Part shown: in pieces, positions 49,311 through 61,500 of the stretch
Layout of the letters: each line of letters opens with the position of its first letter
How positions within the stretch are numbered: position 1 is the stretch's first letter
Assembly: GCF_009914755.1 (NCBI RefSeq)
Contig: NC_060925.1
Direction: 5' to 3' (one strand)
Origin: the human T2T-CHM13v2.0 reference genome, Homo sapiens
Length of the DNA stretch: 64,000 nucleotides
The notes under the pieces: generated by a model
Seen by the model: the letters and a program-made list of their open reading frames with translations, nothing else
Told to the model about the DNA's origin: nothing
Databases searched by the model: none
Made by a program: the position numbers and the translations under genes

Positions 49311-51371
49311 GCTTGATTCTCTTTTGCTTGGAATAGTACTCTCTTGGAATAGTAATTTTTTAATATCAAGGTATTTTATTCCAATTGGGCACATTTTTTA
49401 GTCTGTCATGTTCAACTTGCAGGCTTTAAGTATAAAATCTCCTTTGTGATCCACACAGGTTTGTTAAATCCCAGAGCTCCAGTAGAGTACATTTTATCAG
49501 TAAGCTCCTGGGGAAGGGCCCTGCAGTGCTAGCTGCCCAGAAGTGGCATCTCTCCTCCTCCCAGTCAGTATCTTCTCTGGGCTTGGGTACAGTGGTCAGA
49601 AAAATTATAAAGAACCCTTAATTTTGGTGGATATAAACTTGAACCATGGTGAAGTTGTCTATGCCAACTTTCTATTAGAATCAAATATTCTACTTGGTTG
49701 CAGTATGCAGTAAGTTTTTGTCTTTAACCAGTTTTTCATATGGAAAACTGAAAAAGAAAAATCAAGATCAGTTTGACTTTAGGGGAGTGTAGTGTTAATG
49801 CGATATCAAACTCTAGATTCAACTACAGGCCAGGCAGGCAGGTTATCAGTTCTAACCATGTGTACACCTGTAGGAAATAATATTTAAAATGTGTAAGTCT
49901 GAGAACATTTTGTGAACTCTTATTGCATCTTCCTACAAAGAACTGGCTATTGAGTCCTTTGAATAGTCCAAGATAGACCAAGTTTCAAGTGTAAGGAAGA
50001 AAACACAGTGATATATAAAGATAAAATTAGAAAATGAGTAGATTCAAGAGATCAGGGGTAAGTTTGATCCTTTTGATGCTGAGTATGTGACCCAATACAG
50101 GGCTTCCATCATTTTGGGGTCTTGGTTTCATATCTATGCAGTAAGAATCTGTCTTAATGATTGTTAAATCGGTTCCTGACTACATCCCATTTGTAGAGCC
50201 AGGGGTGCTAGCCACATGGAGTGATGCCAAGAATAGGAGAGAAGGGCAGCCCTGGACTAGGGAGACTGGAAACAGCATTATTAAATGGGCGAGATCAAAG
50301 TATAGTTTCAGAGGGAAGCCACAGATCAGAGCCAAAGGAGAAATATTAATTCCCAAGTCCACTATCTTAGTGTAAACTGAATAAGGAAAATAAAAATAGT
50401 AGTTAGTCACCAAGAAGATCAGGGAGAAGCTGGAAAGCAGGTTGTAAAAATGAAGTATTGGTTCAAGACATACATAAGCCATGTAGGTGAACACGGTGAC
50501 AAGGGCCTGTGACTGCTGGAAACATGGCAGCTACATCAAGAGGGTAGGGCAGAGTTGGCTCTGACTAGGTTTCTTCAAGGAACTGATCCAGAAACTCCAT
50601 AACTCTAAGTGCATGGTAAGGCTTAATGAAAGTAATTTCAGGATAATACATAATCTTCTAAGTGATCTAGCTATATTCCTCACCATTATCATGGTTCATC
50701 ATCACCACAGATGTTCTTTCATTGACTTTATACCACATCCAAACCACTGGGCTGAGATTCGTGTCACCTTCTCTCTTGTGCACTTTCTGCCACTCTTGTT
50801 ATCCCCACACCTCACAAATTAAATAGTTTTAAAGTTTTATTTTTCAGGTTTTCTTTTTAGGAATAGTTTTATTAACTGGATTTCTGTTGGTAGCCTGTGG
50901 ATTTTATTAATTTAGGGATAAAGTTTTTTCACTGTGTAAAAAGCACCTGGTAAAGTTGGAATTAGTGGGCTTTTTTCCCTTTTATTTAAAATTTTACAGA
51001 ATTGCCGTTAGGTAAAAACTGACCAAGTTGTTTTGCTGCAAAGGTAAATTTGGTTTATGATTGAAAAATTAGAACAGTTACTCAAACAGCGGGCTAGTAG
51101 CTACTGGAAATGTAAATACCATTACCAAAGGGTTCTTTCTTTTCTGTTCCTCTACCTGGTAGCTCATTTTAAACAGGTTCTTTTAAAAGTCATGCAAGGA
51201 TAATTACTTTTACTTTCTCCTTGGTTTTTATGGACAAAATAAGTGAGGCTGACACATTCAGGCAAACACACACAATTTGAGGTCACTAAAAATATATTAT
51301 GTTAATACTACCTTTTTTTAGCTTGAGTTTAAGGCCTATAGTAATAAGAGAGATTGGTATAAACACTAGGG

Positions 51372-51673
51372 AGTCAGCCCTTCATATCCACAGGTTCTGC
51401 ATTCATTGGTTCAACCAATCACAGATGAAAAATAATAAAAAATAAAAAATAAAAAATAACCACACAAATAAAAAATGTATAGCATAGCAGCTATTACATT
51501 GCATTATCATTGTATTAGGTATTTTAAGCAATCTAGAGATTATTTAAAGTATACAAGAAGATGTGTGTAGGTTATAAGTGTTTATATTTATAGGGATTAT
51601 ATAAAGAACTTAAGCATCCATGAATTTTGATATTTTGGGGAATCCTGCATCAATCCCCTGGGGATACTAACTA
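51372..51673 (+). mobile_element. Tigger3a (MER7A-like) TcMar MITE
   Basis: 'agtcagcccttcatatccacaggttctgc...tgtattaggtatt...aatctagagattatttaaagtatac'. Confidence 0.85.
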
Positions 51674-51709
51674 TATTGGAAGTTCTCTGTAGACTTAAAT
51701 TTAATTATC

Positions 51710-52340
51710 CCTATTCCTGTTATCTAATTCTATAATTGTTACATCATTTATTTTGCTACAAAATCCACAATTTGTATAGGGCTCAGTAGAAATAGTTAAT
51801 CTTTGCTCCTATTGTTGTCACTGGGCTGGCTCTTAGGGTGGAGAACTGAGACATCTCATGGCTCTCTGACCACACATCTGGTGGCTGATTTTGGCTGTTG
51901 ACTGGGAGTCTCAGTTTCTATCCACATGGGCCTTTCCATGTGTTATCTTTGTTTTTGTTTTGTACAGATGGGGTCTCACCATGCCCAAGCTGGTCTTGAA
52001 CTTCTGGCCTCAAGCTGTCCTCCTGCCTCTGCCTCCCAAAGCACTGGTATTACAGGCGTAAGCCACCATGCCCAGCCCATGTGTATCTATGTGTGAGCAA
52101 ATTTGTGCTGCCTTTAGATTCATTGGCTTGTTTGAAGATTGAGCATCCAAAGTGAGAGAAAGCCAAGACAGAAGCAACATTGCCTTTTGCACCTTGATGT
52201 TAGAAGTCATGGAACATTACGTCTGTCACATGCTTGATCAAGGCAGTTACAAAGGTCCACCCAGGTTTAAGGGGAGGGAATATGAACTTTGCTTCTCAGT
52301 AAAGGAGTGTCAATGCCACATTATATAAAGACTATATGAC
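51710..52340 (-). mobile_element. MLT1-family MaLR LTR
   Basis: 'gctgttgactgggagtctcagtttc...aaggcagttacaaaggtccacccaggtttaaggggaggg'. Confidence 0.7.
51948..52077 (-). mobile_element. Free left Alu monomer (FLAM-like)
   Basis: Single left arm with tail; TSD catgtgttatct / catgtgtatct. Confidence 0.85.
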
Positions 52341-52344
52341 TGCA

Positions 52345-52530
52345 TATATATATATACACACATACACATATAGGCCTCTATATTTGAAATATATAATATA
52401 TTTCAATTATATATTTATATATAGTTATATATAGTTATGTATATAGTTATATATAGTTATACATATATAGTTATATATAGTTATATATAGTTATATATGG
52501 TTATATATATAGTTATATATATATACACAC

Positions 52531-52576
<46 letters not shown>
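52345..52576. repeat. (TA)n / (TATATAGT)n low-complexity tract
   Basis: Seen directly. Confidence 0.97.
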
Positions 52577-52578
<2 letters not shown>

Positions 52579-54549
52579 CTATAATTGAAATATTCAGTCT
52601 TCCACTGACTCAGGTGGAAAGTTCCTCTGTGGCTAAACTTACAAGGACACTGATTTGCAACTATTATAATGCACATCAAAACATGGAGACAATTACCCTC
52701 TTAGTTGCTTACTGCTAATCATTCAGTTCCTTGCCTTCAGGAATCAAATGGATTTTAAGAGAGGATGATGCATTCACTTTCCTTTTCCCATCCTAGAATG
52801 GCTGGTTTGCTCACAGGAGGAAATACTGCCTCTGTCCCACCAGGCCTTCCCCAACCCCATGCTTTTTCTCTCCATCGGCAAGGTTAATGCCCAGACAAAA
52901 GACGAGTGCCATGATATAGCAACCCGGTTGTACCCCAAGCTATGTCTCTGGTGTTCATACCTCCATAAGTGGAGAAGAGCATCTCAGCTCAAGAAGAAAT
53001 CTCTCTTGAATTTAACAAAGCAAAAGAAATATTTATTCCAAATGGTAGTTTAAACAACATTGTATTTTTTTCCCAATTTTATTCTTTTAGGTTTCTGAGC
53101 CAGCTGGTAAACTAAGATACCGAGAGGTTCTGTGGTTCACACAAACTTTCAAGGCAGCTTAATTTAAAACAGCATTGTTTCTTCAAAGTAGTTCAAACTA
53201 CCATCTTTTCAGTTTTGTCATTTAGCTTGGTCACTGGTTTTTTCATTTGAAGCTTCCTATAAAAGTGAATTTTGGAATCAAGATACCATTTTATTTTCTT
53301 AAAACAAATGAGAAATATTTGCTGAGTCTAGCAGTCTGAATCCAACTCTGTTTCTGAGACCTATACCCAATTTCCAAATCACTCTGTTCAACTGTGCTGT
53401 TAAGTTCAAAACCAACTGGAATGCCAGGGAATTTTAATTCACTTCAGACAAAATGGGACTTCCTGTTTTTGAGAAAATAAGGCTACAAATAAGATCCAAT
53501 GGTTCTTACAAGATAACACGTTTGAAAAGTTAATTATAAATTAAACAGAAACACATGTGTTCAACTTTCTATGCCCCCTAAATACCTTAAGATAAATAAG
53601 TGCTTAGAAATTAAGGAGTGGGAGTGGGGAAGAACTTGTTGCTGGATGCACTTAGAAGGGACAAGACAAAAATTCTTCACAGAAGACTGATGTACAATTG
53701 TTCTAAGCACAAATGGGAATCCCCTTTTCTAACTCCATTTTTCCTACCACCAAATACTTATTGAAAGGAAAAATGCCATTGCACTTGCTCTCCCCTTACA
53801 GACTCCAGACCCTGGAAGCCTCTACCTTTTAAAGTATGGGGTCTGTTCAACATCAAGAGACATCCAAGAATTCTGACTTTTCCCCCATTAGATGCCAATT
53901 TTCAATGAAGATATGAATGAACTAGCAAGAAACTTATCCCTTCTCCAGAGCAGAGATGAACTGTATGAACTAAAGGGTGTATCAAATTTATGTGATGACA
54001 TCATGGGATGGGCACCCAGTCATCATGATTCTGCCACTGGAGGCCTTCTGGTGTATCCCAAGTGAATGGGATAGACTGTATGCTAAAAGCTCCCATGCTA
54101 TTTACCACATCATTTGGACACAGCAGTAAAGAATAATGCATAGGAACTTGATGTTCTTAACATGAACAGCAGCTATTTAGTTTATGCAATTCAGTTAAAT
54201 TGAAACAGATATGTAGTCATTTTCCCTGTCTGGTTCTATAAATTATTTCATTTACATATTTTTTGCAGACATATGAAAACTATGGTTAAATGAACATACT
54301 TTTTTCTAATTAAATATTTCATACTAGGTCCAGGTATAAATTAGGAATAGTATTTGGTTACTAGTAAAATAGACCAATCTAAAGTAACTTAAATAATATA
54401 GAAGTTACTGTTTCCCTTCTGTAAAATGAGTCCAGGAATGGGAAGTCCAACCTGGTAAGCTTAGTTTCATTTAAGAACCAGGCTCCACTTCTCTCTCTAT
54501 GATCCAAGAAGCTTGGTTACCTATCACTCATTAGTTTTAGTAATTTTCT

Positions 54550-54670
54550 CAAGGGCAAGAATTATTTCTTATTTACTCTTCTAGCCACAGCATCTAGCAC
54601 ATATTGACAGTAGACAGTATTTGTTGAATGAATAAGTGGATAAATGAAAGAATGAATAAAAAATAAATGA
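54550..54670 (+). mobile_element. L2 3' end
   Basis: 'caagggcaagaatt...cagcatctagcac...tatttgttgaatgaat'. Confidence 0.75.
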
Positions 54671-54849
54671 AGGAATCTAGTGAGAGTATAATTATTGCAC
54701 AATATAGCAACACATTTATTGATTAGTACCTCATGAGTAGAGGTATGTATTATATACATCAGAGAAAAATCTCAGGAAGAAGTGATATTTAAACTGTATC
54801 TTGAAAGATGGACAGGAGTTGAGCAGGAAATGAAGTTATATATTTATGC

Positions 54850-55005
54850 TAGGAACATAGCACTTGGAGTCAAAAGACTAGCCTATAGTCCCAACTCAAC
54901 CGTTTACCAGTTGTGTAATTTTTGACAAAGTGGAGAAAATTCTCTGAGCCTATATTCTCATCTATAAAATGGAGATAATAATTAACTGCCCTGTAGATTC
55001 TTGCA
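54850..55005 (+). mobile_element. MIR
   Basis: 'ttggagtcaaaagac...tctctgagcct...ctcatctataaaatggagataata'. Confidence 0.8.
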
Positions 55006-55561
55006 AGTTTTCTCTATTGTTTCAGTTCTTCTCTTAAATGTTTTCCATCTCATTTGATTCCATGTTTCTCATAAGCTGTTGTTTATAAGTGTGTACATTC
55101 TTGGGAATTTGTTATTAAAATTTTTCATTTTCTTATCATGAAATAGATGAAACATTTCTTTCTTCCTAAGGTAATATTTAGCACCTATTAAATACTTTAT
55201 TTTTTCACTTGTTCATTCAATCTATTTATTTATTTCCAGGCAATATTCTAGTCCCTGAGGATTCCATAGTGAACAAGACAGGTATTGGGAACCTGTTTCT
55301 TACATTCTGGTTAATGAGACAGACAATAAAAAAGGAAATATAACCTGAGAGAAATTTTCTGAAGGTCATAAGAGACAGAGGACAGACATTTTGGTTTGGG
55401 GTATTATGGAAAACCTGTCTGAGGAGTTAATATTTGAGCTGAGATGTGAAGAAGCCATGACCCAGCCATACAAAAAGCTGGGGAATAAATATTCTCCAGG
55501 CAGAGGGAATAGCAGCTGAAGTGACTGAAAGCTTGAAGAATTTGAGAAACAGAAGAAGGAC

Positions 55562-55810
55562 ATACAGTTAAGATAATGCTAGTTCTTATAATAAACTCTA
55601 ATATCTCTGTGACTTAACAGAGTAAAAATGTATTCTTTATTTACTTTAAGTATAATTGATGACTGAGGGTTTTTTCTTTTTTACATTGTGTATATTTAAG
55701 GTATGCAACATGATGTTTTGATATGTTTATCTTGATATGCATATACATAGTAAAGGGACTACTACGGTCAAGCAAATTACTGTAACTATCACCTTATATA
55801 GTTACCTTTC

Positions 55811-55845
<35 letters not shown>

Positions 55846-56200
55846 TAAGAGGAAGGTATAGACTTATGGTTATGAAGAATGAATAAATATAGAGATTTAA
55901 TGTACAGCATGAGGACTATAGTAAACAACATTGTAATATATACTGGTAATTTGCCAAGAGAGTAGATGGCTAAGGTTTTCATCAGCATCAGCATCCAGCT
56001 AACAGACAAAGAAAAAACTGTGCATGGAGGGCCTTTATGGTTTAGGCCTAGAGGTAGTGCCTGCCTCTTCTATTCTCATTTCACTGGCAGGTGTGGTCAG
56101 TGGCTACACCTAACAGCAAGAGGTAAAGAAAAACATCATCTTGGGATTTCAGCCTAACTGAGCATTCAGAGAACCAGTTTGTTGAGACACTAGCCAACCT
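55562..56200 (-). mobile_element. MLT1-family LTR hosting an L1MA
   Basis: 'cagttaagataatgctag...ctctgtgacttaac'; 'tggctacacctaacagcaagagg'. Confidence 0.6.
55675..55967 (-). mobile_element. Short 5'-inverted L1MA 3' end containing (TG)n
   Basis: Minus-strand 3' end 55675-55850 with (TG)n 55814-55843; inverted piece 55851-55967; degenerate TSD gactgagggtttt / ggctaaggtttt. Confidence 0.75.
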
Positions 56201-56659
56201 CTGACATGAGAGGTCAGTGTGACTAGACTTTAATCAGTGAGGGAGTAAGAAAGTGGTGAGGAAGGGTAAGTAAGGTAAAGGAGAAGGTGGAGGAGAAATA
56301 GAAGAAAAAAAGAGGAAGGAGGGAGGGAAGGAGAGAGAGAGAGAATAGAATAATTGTAGAAGTATGCAGTAGAAAAATCAGGCAAGGCCTTTTAGCCTGT
56401 TGTAAGCATGAAAACAATGTAGTTAGCTTTACCTTTTTAAAATACCTCTCTGCTGTGGAGTGAACTTGACAGGGGCAAGAGTGGAAGCTTAAATGATTAC
56501 TAGGAAAGCTGACCTCAAAGATAACTGCAGTTTGCTGAAGGATATTGACAGAGGAGGAGGAGAGGAGTGATTGGATTTGAGATCTATTTTGGAGGTAAAA
56601 CCAACAAGCATATAAATGATCAATAACCATTTTGTGAATAAATGAATTAATTAATGAAT

Positions 56660-56852
56660 AAACAATAATGCCAAACATTTATCAAACACATCCTGCATCA
56701 GACTCTGTGGTAGGAGCTTTTACATGGATTAGACCATTTAATCCTTACAACAATCTTATAAAGTGGGTACTGTTATTGTCTCTACTTTTCAGATGAGGAA
56801 ATTGAGGTTCGGAAGGTTAAAATCACTTGTTTGTGGTTATATAAATAATTTG
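56660..56852 (-). mobile_element. MIR (continues after 58215)
   Basis: 'catttaatccttacaacaatc...ttttcagatgaggaaattgagg'. Confidence 0.85.
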
Positions 56853-58214
56853 GGACTGGAATTTTTTTCTAAGGCTGTATAGTATTTCACTGTGTATAGA
56901 CACCATATTTTATTTATCTGTTCATTCATTGATGGACACTTAGGATTCCATATTACGGCTATTGTGCATAATGCTGAAATGAACATGGGAGTGAAGATAT
57001 CTCTTTGAATTACTGATTTCAATTCCTCTAGATATACACCCAGATGTAGAATTGCTGGATTATATGGTAATTCTATTTTTAGTTTTTCACGAAACATCTG
57101 TACTGTTTTCCAAAATGGCTGCATTAATTTACATCCCCAGCAACAGGCAGTCCTGTCATTTGTGACAACATGGATGAACCCGGAGGTCGTTATGCTAAGA
57201 GAAATAAGTCAGGCACAGAAAGACAAATATTGTATGATCTGACTTACATGTGAAATCTGAAAAAGTCAAACTCATACAAGCAGAAAGTAGAATGGTGGTT
57301 ATCAGAGGTTGGGGTAGGGGGATGAGAAAAGGGGAGAGATCGACGAAGGGTACAAAGTTTCAGTTACGTAGGAGGAATAAATTTTAGTCATCTAGTGCAC
57401 AGCTTGGTGGCCATAGTTAATAATAATGTATATTTTTAAATTGCTATAGGAGTGTATTTTAAACATTCTCACTATAAATAAATGACAAGTAGGTGTGAAC
57501 CTAAAAGTATCTGAGACAGGTCTTAGTCAATTTATAAAGCTTTTTTGCCAAGATTAAGGATACACCTGTGACATGGCCTCAGGAGGTCCTGAGGACATGT
57601 ACCCAAGGTGGTCATGGTACAGCTGGTTTTATACATTTCAGGAAGACATAAAATTTCAATCAATACATGTAAGATTTACATTGGTTCAATCCAGAAGGGC
57701 AGGAGAACTTGAATGGGAAACTTCCAGATCATAGAGTAGATTAAACATTTTCTGATTAGCAATTGGTTGAAAGAGTCATTATTCATAAAAGGGAATATCT
57801 GGGTTATGATAAGGGGTTATGGAGACCAAGGTTTTATCATGTAAATGAAGCCTCCAAGTAACAGGCTTCAGAGAAAATTCAGAGAAAACAGATGTAAATG
57901 CTTCTTATCAGACTTAAGGTCTGTGTTGACATTAACACTGGAGTGGTATGACAAGGCATGTCCAACCCCTTCTCCCATCATGGCCTGAACTAGTTTTTCA
58001 GGTTAACTCTGGAATGCCCTTGGCTGAGAGGAAGGTCCATTCAGATGGCTGGGGGGTCTTAGACTTATTTTTGGTTTACATAGATGAGGTGATAAATATA
58101 TTAATTAGTTTTATTTAATCTTTCTACAATGTATACATTCATGAGAACACCACATTGTACCCCATAAATATATACAATTTTTATTTGTCAATTAAAATTT
58201 TATTAAAAATAAAT
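56853..58214 (+). mobile_element. 5'-inverted L1MA with a nested LTR
   Basis: Inverted 56853-57145; sense 57146-58214; TSD aataatttg (56844-56852 / 58215-58223). Confidence 0.82.
57494..58080 (-). mobile_element. MER4-family ERV1 solo LTR (MER4B-like)
   Basis: Termini tgtgaacc.../...tttttggtttaca; 'ggcctcaggaggtcctgaggacatgtacccaaggtgg'; 4-bp TSD tagg/taga. Confidence 0.88.
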
Positions 58215-58605
58215 AATAATTTGATGATAAGCCAGGACTAGAATATAGGAATTCTGATTTCAGGAGCTCATACTCTACTGGCCCTAAACAAGCCACAGTT
58301 CTCTCTCCTAAAGGTAAAAAGCCTATTAATGATCATCTTCAAATGACTCCAAACTCCCAGGCTACCCTTCCCCCTAGCCCCAGCCACACAGAAAATTCCC
58401 AAGACACATAGTCAAATACTACAGGTAAATGCAAAGATATTGGAGGTATTTATTGTCCCCATTTTTTGGGAGAGTTCACATCTTGTTTCTGAAATCCCTG
58501 CCTTTGGTAACTATTGTTAAAGCCAGTTGTAATGTACTTATAAGATCAATTGCTCAGAGGAGAGTCTGTTCTGAATTAGAAAATTGTTGCTGCTAAGGAG
58601 CCCCC

Positions 58606-58634
58606 GGGGGATGGGGAATTGGGGGAGGGGAGGG
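58606..58634 (+). other. G-quadruplex-forming motif
   Basis: ggggg-at-gggg-aatt-ggggg-a-gggg-a-ggg: five G-tracts with short loops. Confidence 0.7.
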
Positions 58635-59999
58635 CTGCACACAGGTTCAGCATGGCAGGCCCCTGTGCTGATAATGAATGGGGGAAACGTGGCCAGTAAG
58701 ACCCACAGAAAGAAAAACACTTAAACCTCTTGATGAAAGGCCATATGAGAAGGTAAGTGTTATAATTCAACTGAAAATAAAAGCCCGTGGCAGGTTATCC
58801 TTCCTTCCAGGCAGACAGTCTGTGGGATTGCTTTCCTGCAGCTACAGTGGCAGTGATGGATTATCTGGGAAGGTGAAGCAGCTGAGCTGATCTACCCCCT
58901 CCTCTTCCACTCCCAAATTCCCCTCAGGCTACAGGGTTTCAGGGCAGCTTTAATCCCTCTTAGCCTTCACTCTCCCACGGATTCCAAGACAAGTCCCAGG
59001 AGTTACTTAGGCCTGGATAGCATCCTCCCAAGCTGTTTCCTGAAACCCAAGTCCGAAAGACAGGAGTTGGTCCTCAGGTGCTTGCCAGAAGCCTCCCATT
59101 CATTACCCTGCTAGGAAGGATTGTTTCAGGAGTCTGGACCTAAGAAGGAGTGTTTTGATCTGGCCTTGGTTGTTCAAGAGTGGCCCATTCAAGGAGTGTC
59201 TGGAGTGAGCTGTTCATTGCATGTGGCTCTCAGCCAGTCTTATAGGAGGATGTAATGTCAAGGATTGATTGGGGTGGACATGGAGGAGTGAGTCTTCAGT
59301 CCTAGTCTCTTTTTGCTTCTGCTCTTTAATGAAGGCTTTGCTTGATGCTCTTCCTGCCCCATCCTGGTTCCCATCATGATCAGCTTGAGTCGCCAGCTCT
59401 TTCAAAGCCATTTTATTTCTATTAGACACTCTTTGGATCCCTACAAACCTTCCAAGAGCTATAGATATGCGCCTAGTTTGGGAATTCTAGGGCTTTTGGC
59501 GAAATATTTTTGGATAAGGAGGTCATCCTGGAGTCTCTCCAGTCACTATAGATGGGTAGCTATTATGCTTCCTGTTCAAAGACTGGCCAGAATCTCTATA
59601 CTTAAAGCAAACAGAGATAGTCAGAACTACAAATACAATTTATTTTTCTCTTCCTATTCCTTGCTTTTCCCCTCTGAGAATCTTGCATTGAATACTGGAT
59701 GCAATAAGTGGACCCATAGAAAGAGTGGGGAAAAGGCAGAAGGCTCTTGCCCCAAGGACCACTCTACAAGGGAGATCTGAGTTGTGGATGGTGAACCTGT
59801 GTCAAGAGAAGATAATTCTCCACCAAGACCACTCCATCTTTTAGTCCCATTTATATTTATTTTGCAGGAAATTCCTTTTTTCCTATTCCATGAAAATGTA
59901 CCCTTTTCTATCATATCGATTTTATACTACTTGGAATAAGAAATCCTACCCACACAATTGTCACTGTTATGCACTCTAAATGTTAATATTAAAGAAACA

Positions 60000-60180
60000 T
60001 ATGGGTAGGATAAAATGGTATGGATTTTAGAATGGGACAAACCCGGGTTCAAACTATACCACTTAGAACTGGGGCATTAAACATTTATATATTTTTTCAG
60101 TTATAAAATGTAGGTAACCCCTAATAAACTGTGGCAAGGATTAAATGAGATACGTGAATCCCCTGATAATCATAAAATAT
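60000..60180 (+). mobile_element. MIR
   Basis: 'acccgggttcaaac...tataaaatg...aaggattaaatgagata'. Confidence 0.65.
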
Positions 60181-60821
60181 CAGTGCCCTTTTTTGTTGAA
60201 GCCAACTTGAGTCAAACCAAAAAGAGAGTTGAAATCCTTCTTTCTTCAATAATTCCCTATAGTGTAATTCCTAAGAAGCAAAAATAGAGATGGTTGTTTT
60301 TCTTCCTAGCTACAATAGCAATATGATCTCTCGTGTGTACATAGTATGTCATGCTTTCCAAAGAACATTCACATTCACTTTGTATCACATTTAGTGTTCA
60401 GAACTATCCCATAAATACATTCTGCTTCAGCTTTAGATCAATAGCAGGATAACTGTGATTTAATAACAAAGAAACACAGGTCTTGGGACTAGCAGCTTAG
60501 AATTGAGGAGGGGAGCAAGGAAGATAGGGGAAAAAGAGAGAGAGAGAACATATTCTATTACTGATCACCAAGATCTTGTATTCTAGTTGGGACACAAGGT
60601 GAACATGTGCAAGAGCCAAGAAAAAATGCTTGCCAGCATGTGATTAAAAGAAGAATAAGCGAAACTCACAAATGTCCCACTTCTTTTCAGAAGGGTGAGA
60701 GCAGCATGAACTGAAATAGCACAGAATGTCCTGTGGCACATAAGCTTGGCCTCACAAAAAGGGTAAGCTGAATACCCAGGGAGGGTGAGCAAGTATAATG
60801 TGCTTGCAGCAACAGCCAAAG

Positions 60822-60990
60822 CCATAGATCCTCAACCCTGCCTGCACATTAAAATCATCTGGGGAGATCTTTTTCAACTTTGATGCCTGGTTCCTACCCC
60901 CAGAAATTCTCCTTTAACTGAGCTCAGGTTGGAGCCAGACATCAGAACTTTTAAAGTTTCTCTTAGTGATTCCAATATGAATCTAGGTAT
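60822..60990. mobile_element. MER5A-family MITE
   Basis: 'ctcaaccctgcctgcacattaaaatcatctgggg...ccccagaaattct...gtgattccaatatg'. Confidence 0.8.
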
Positions 60991-61500
60991 TATATTGTAC
61001 TATATTGTAAATTTAACCACTTCCACAGAATGAAGTATGTAAATCTCTCATAATAAAAGAAAAGCATATTTGTGAGAGTTAGTTTAGGAGGTCAGGTTTT
61101 ATTTCTTGGGTTTTCTGTAAGTCTTCCTGAACAAAGGTTTGTGATATTTATTATAAATTATGTATCTTGAAAAGGTGTCATCTACTCCCAATTTCATTAA
61201 TTCCTGCTACATCATGTTCTTGTTATGTAAAAATATTGGGATGAAGGTACATTTTGACACCAACCAGGTGTTTGGTTTTAGTGTAGGGTCTAGGCTTCAG
61301 TTTCTTCATTGATGTATTATATGGAGGAGATGAACTAATTCAGAATTCTTCAAATTGGGCTCCACAGAGAATTCCATGGAAGGGCCCTGTGGTTTGACTT
61401 GAGGAACAAGGATAACATGTCAGCTTCTACCAGAGAAGCTCTATTTCTGTCTATTTTATACATCTGGCCTCTAAGAAAATTCATCTTAAAAAGGAATGAG

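Larger units (their letters stand above)
55205..56620 (-). mobile_element. L2 (55205-55560 and 56200-56620) interrupted by MLT1 and L1MA
   Basis: 'tatttgagctgagatgtgaa...tccaggcagagggaatagc'; 'gagatctattttggaggtaaaaccaacaag'. Confidence 0.75.

Noticed and set aside
52345-52718. Ile/Tyr-rich ORFs
   Set aside because: Translation of the (TA)n low-complexity repeat
53091-53162. Acceptor followed by VSEPAGKLRYREVLWFTQTFKAA*
   Set aside because: Peptide not recognised, weak donor; cannot support a coding exon
59376-59780. 134-aa ORF
   Set aside because: No recognisable motif or coding-like composition
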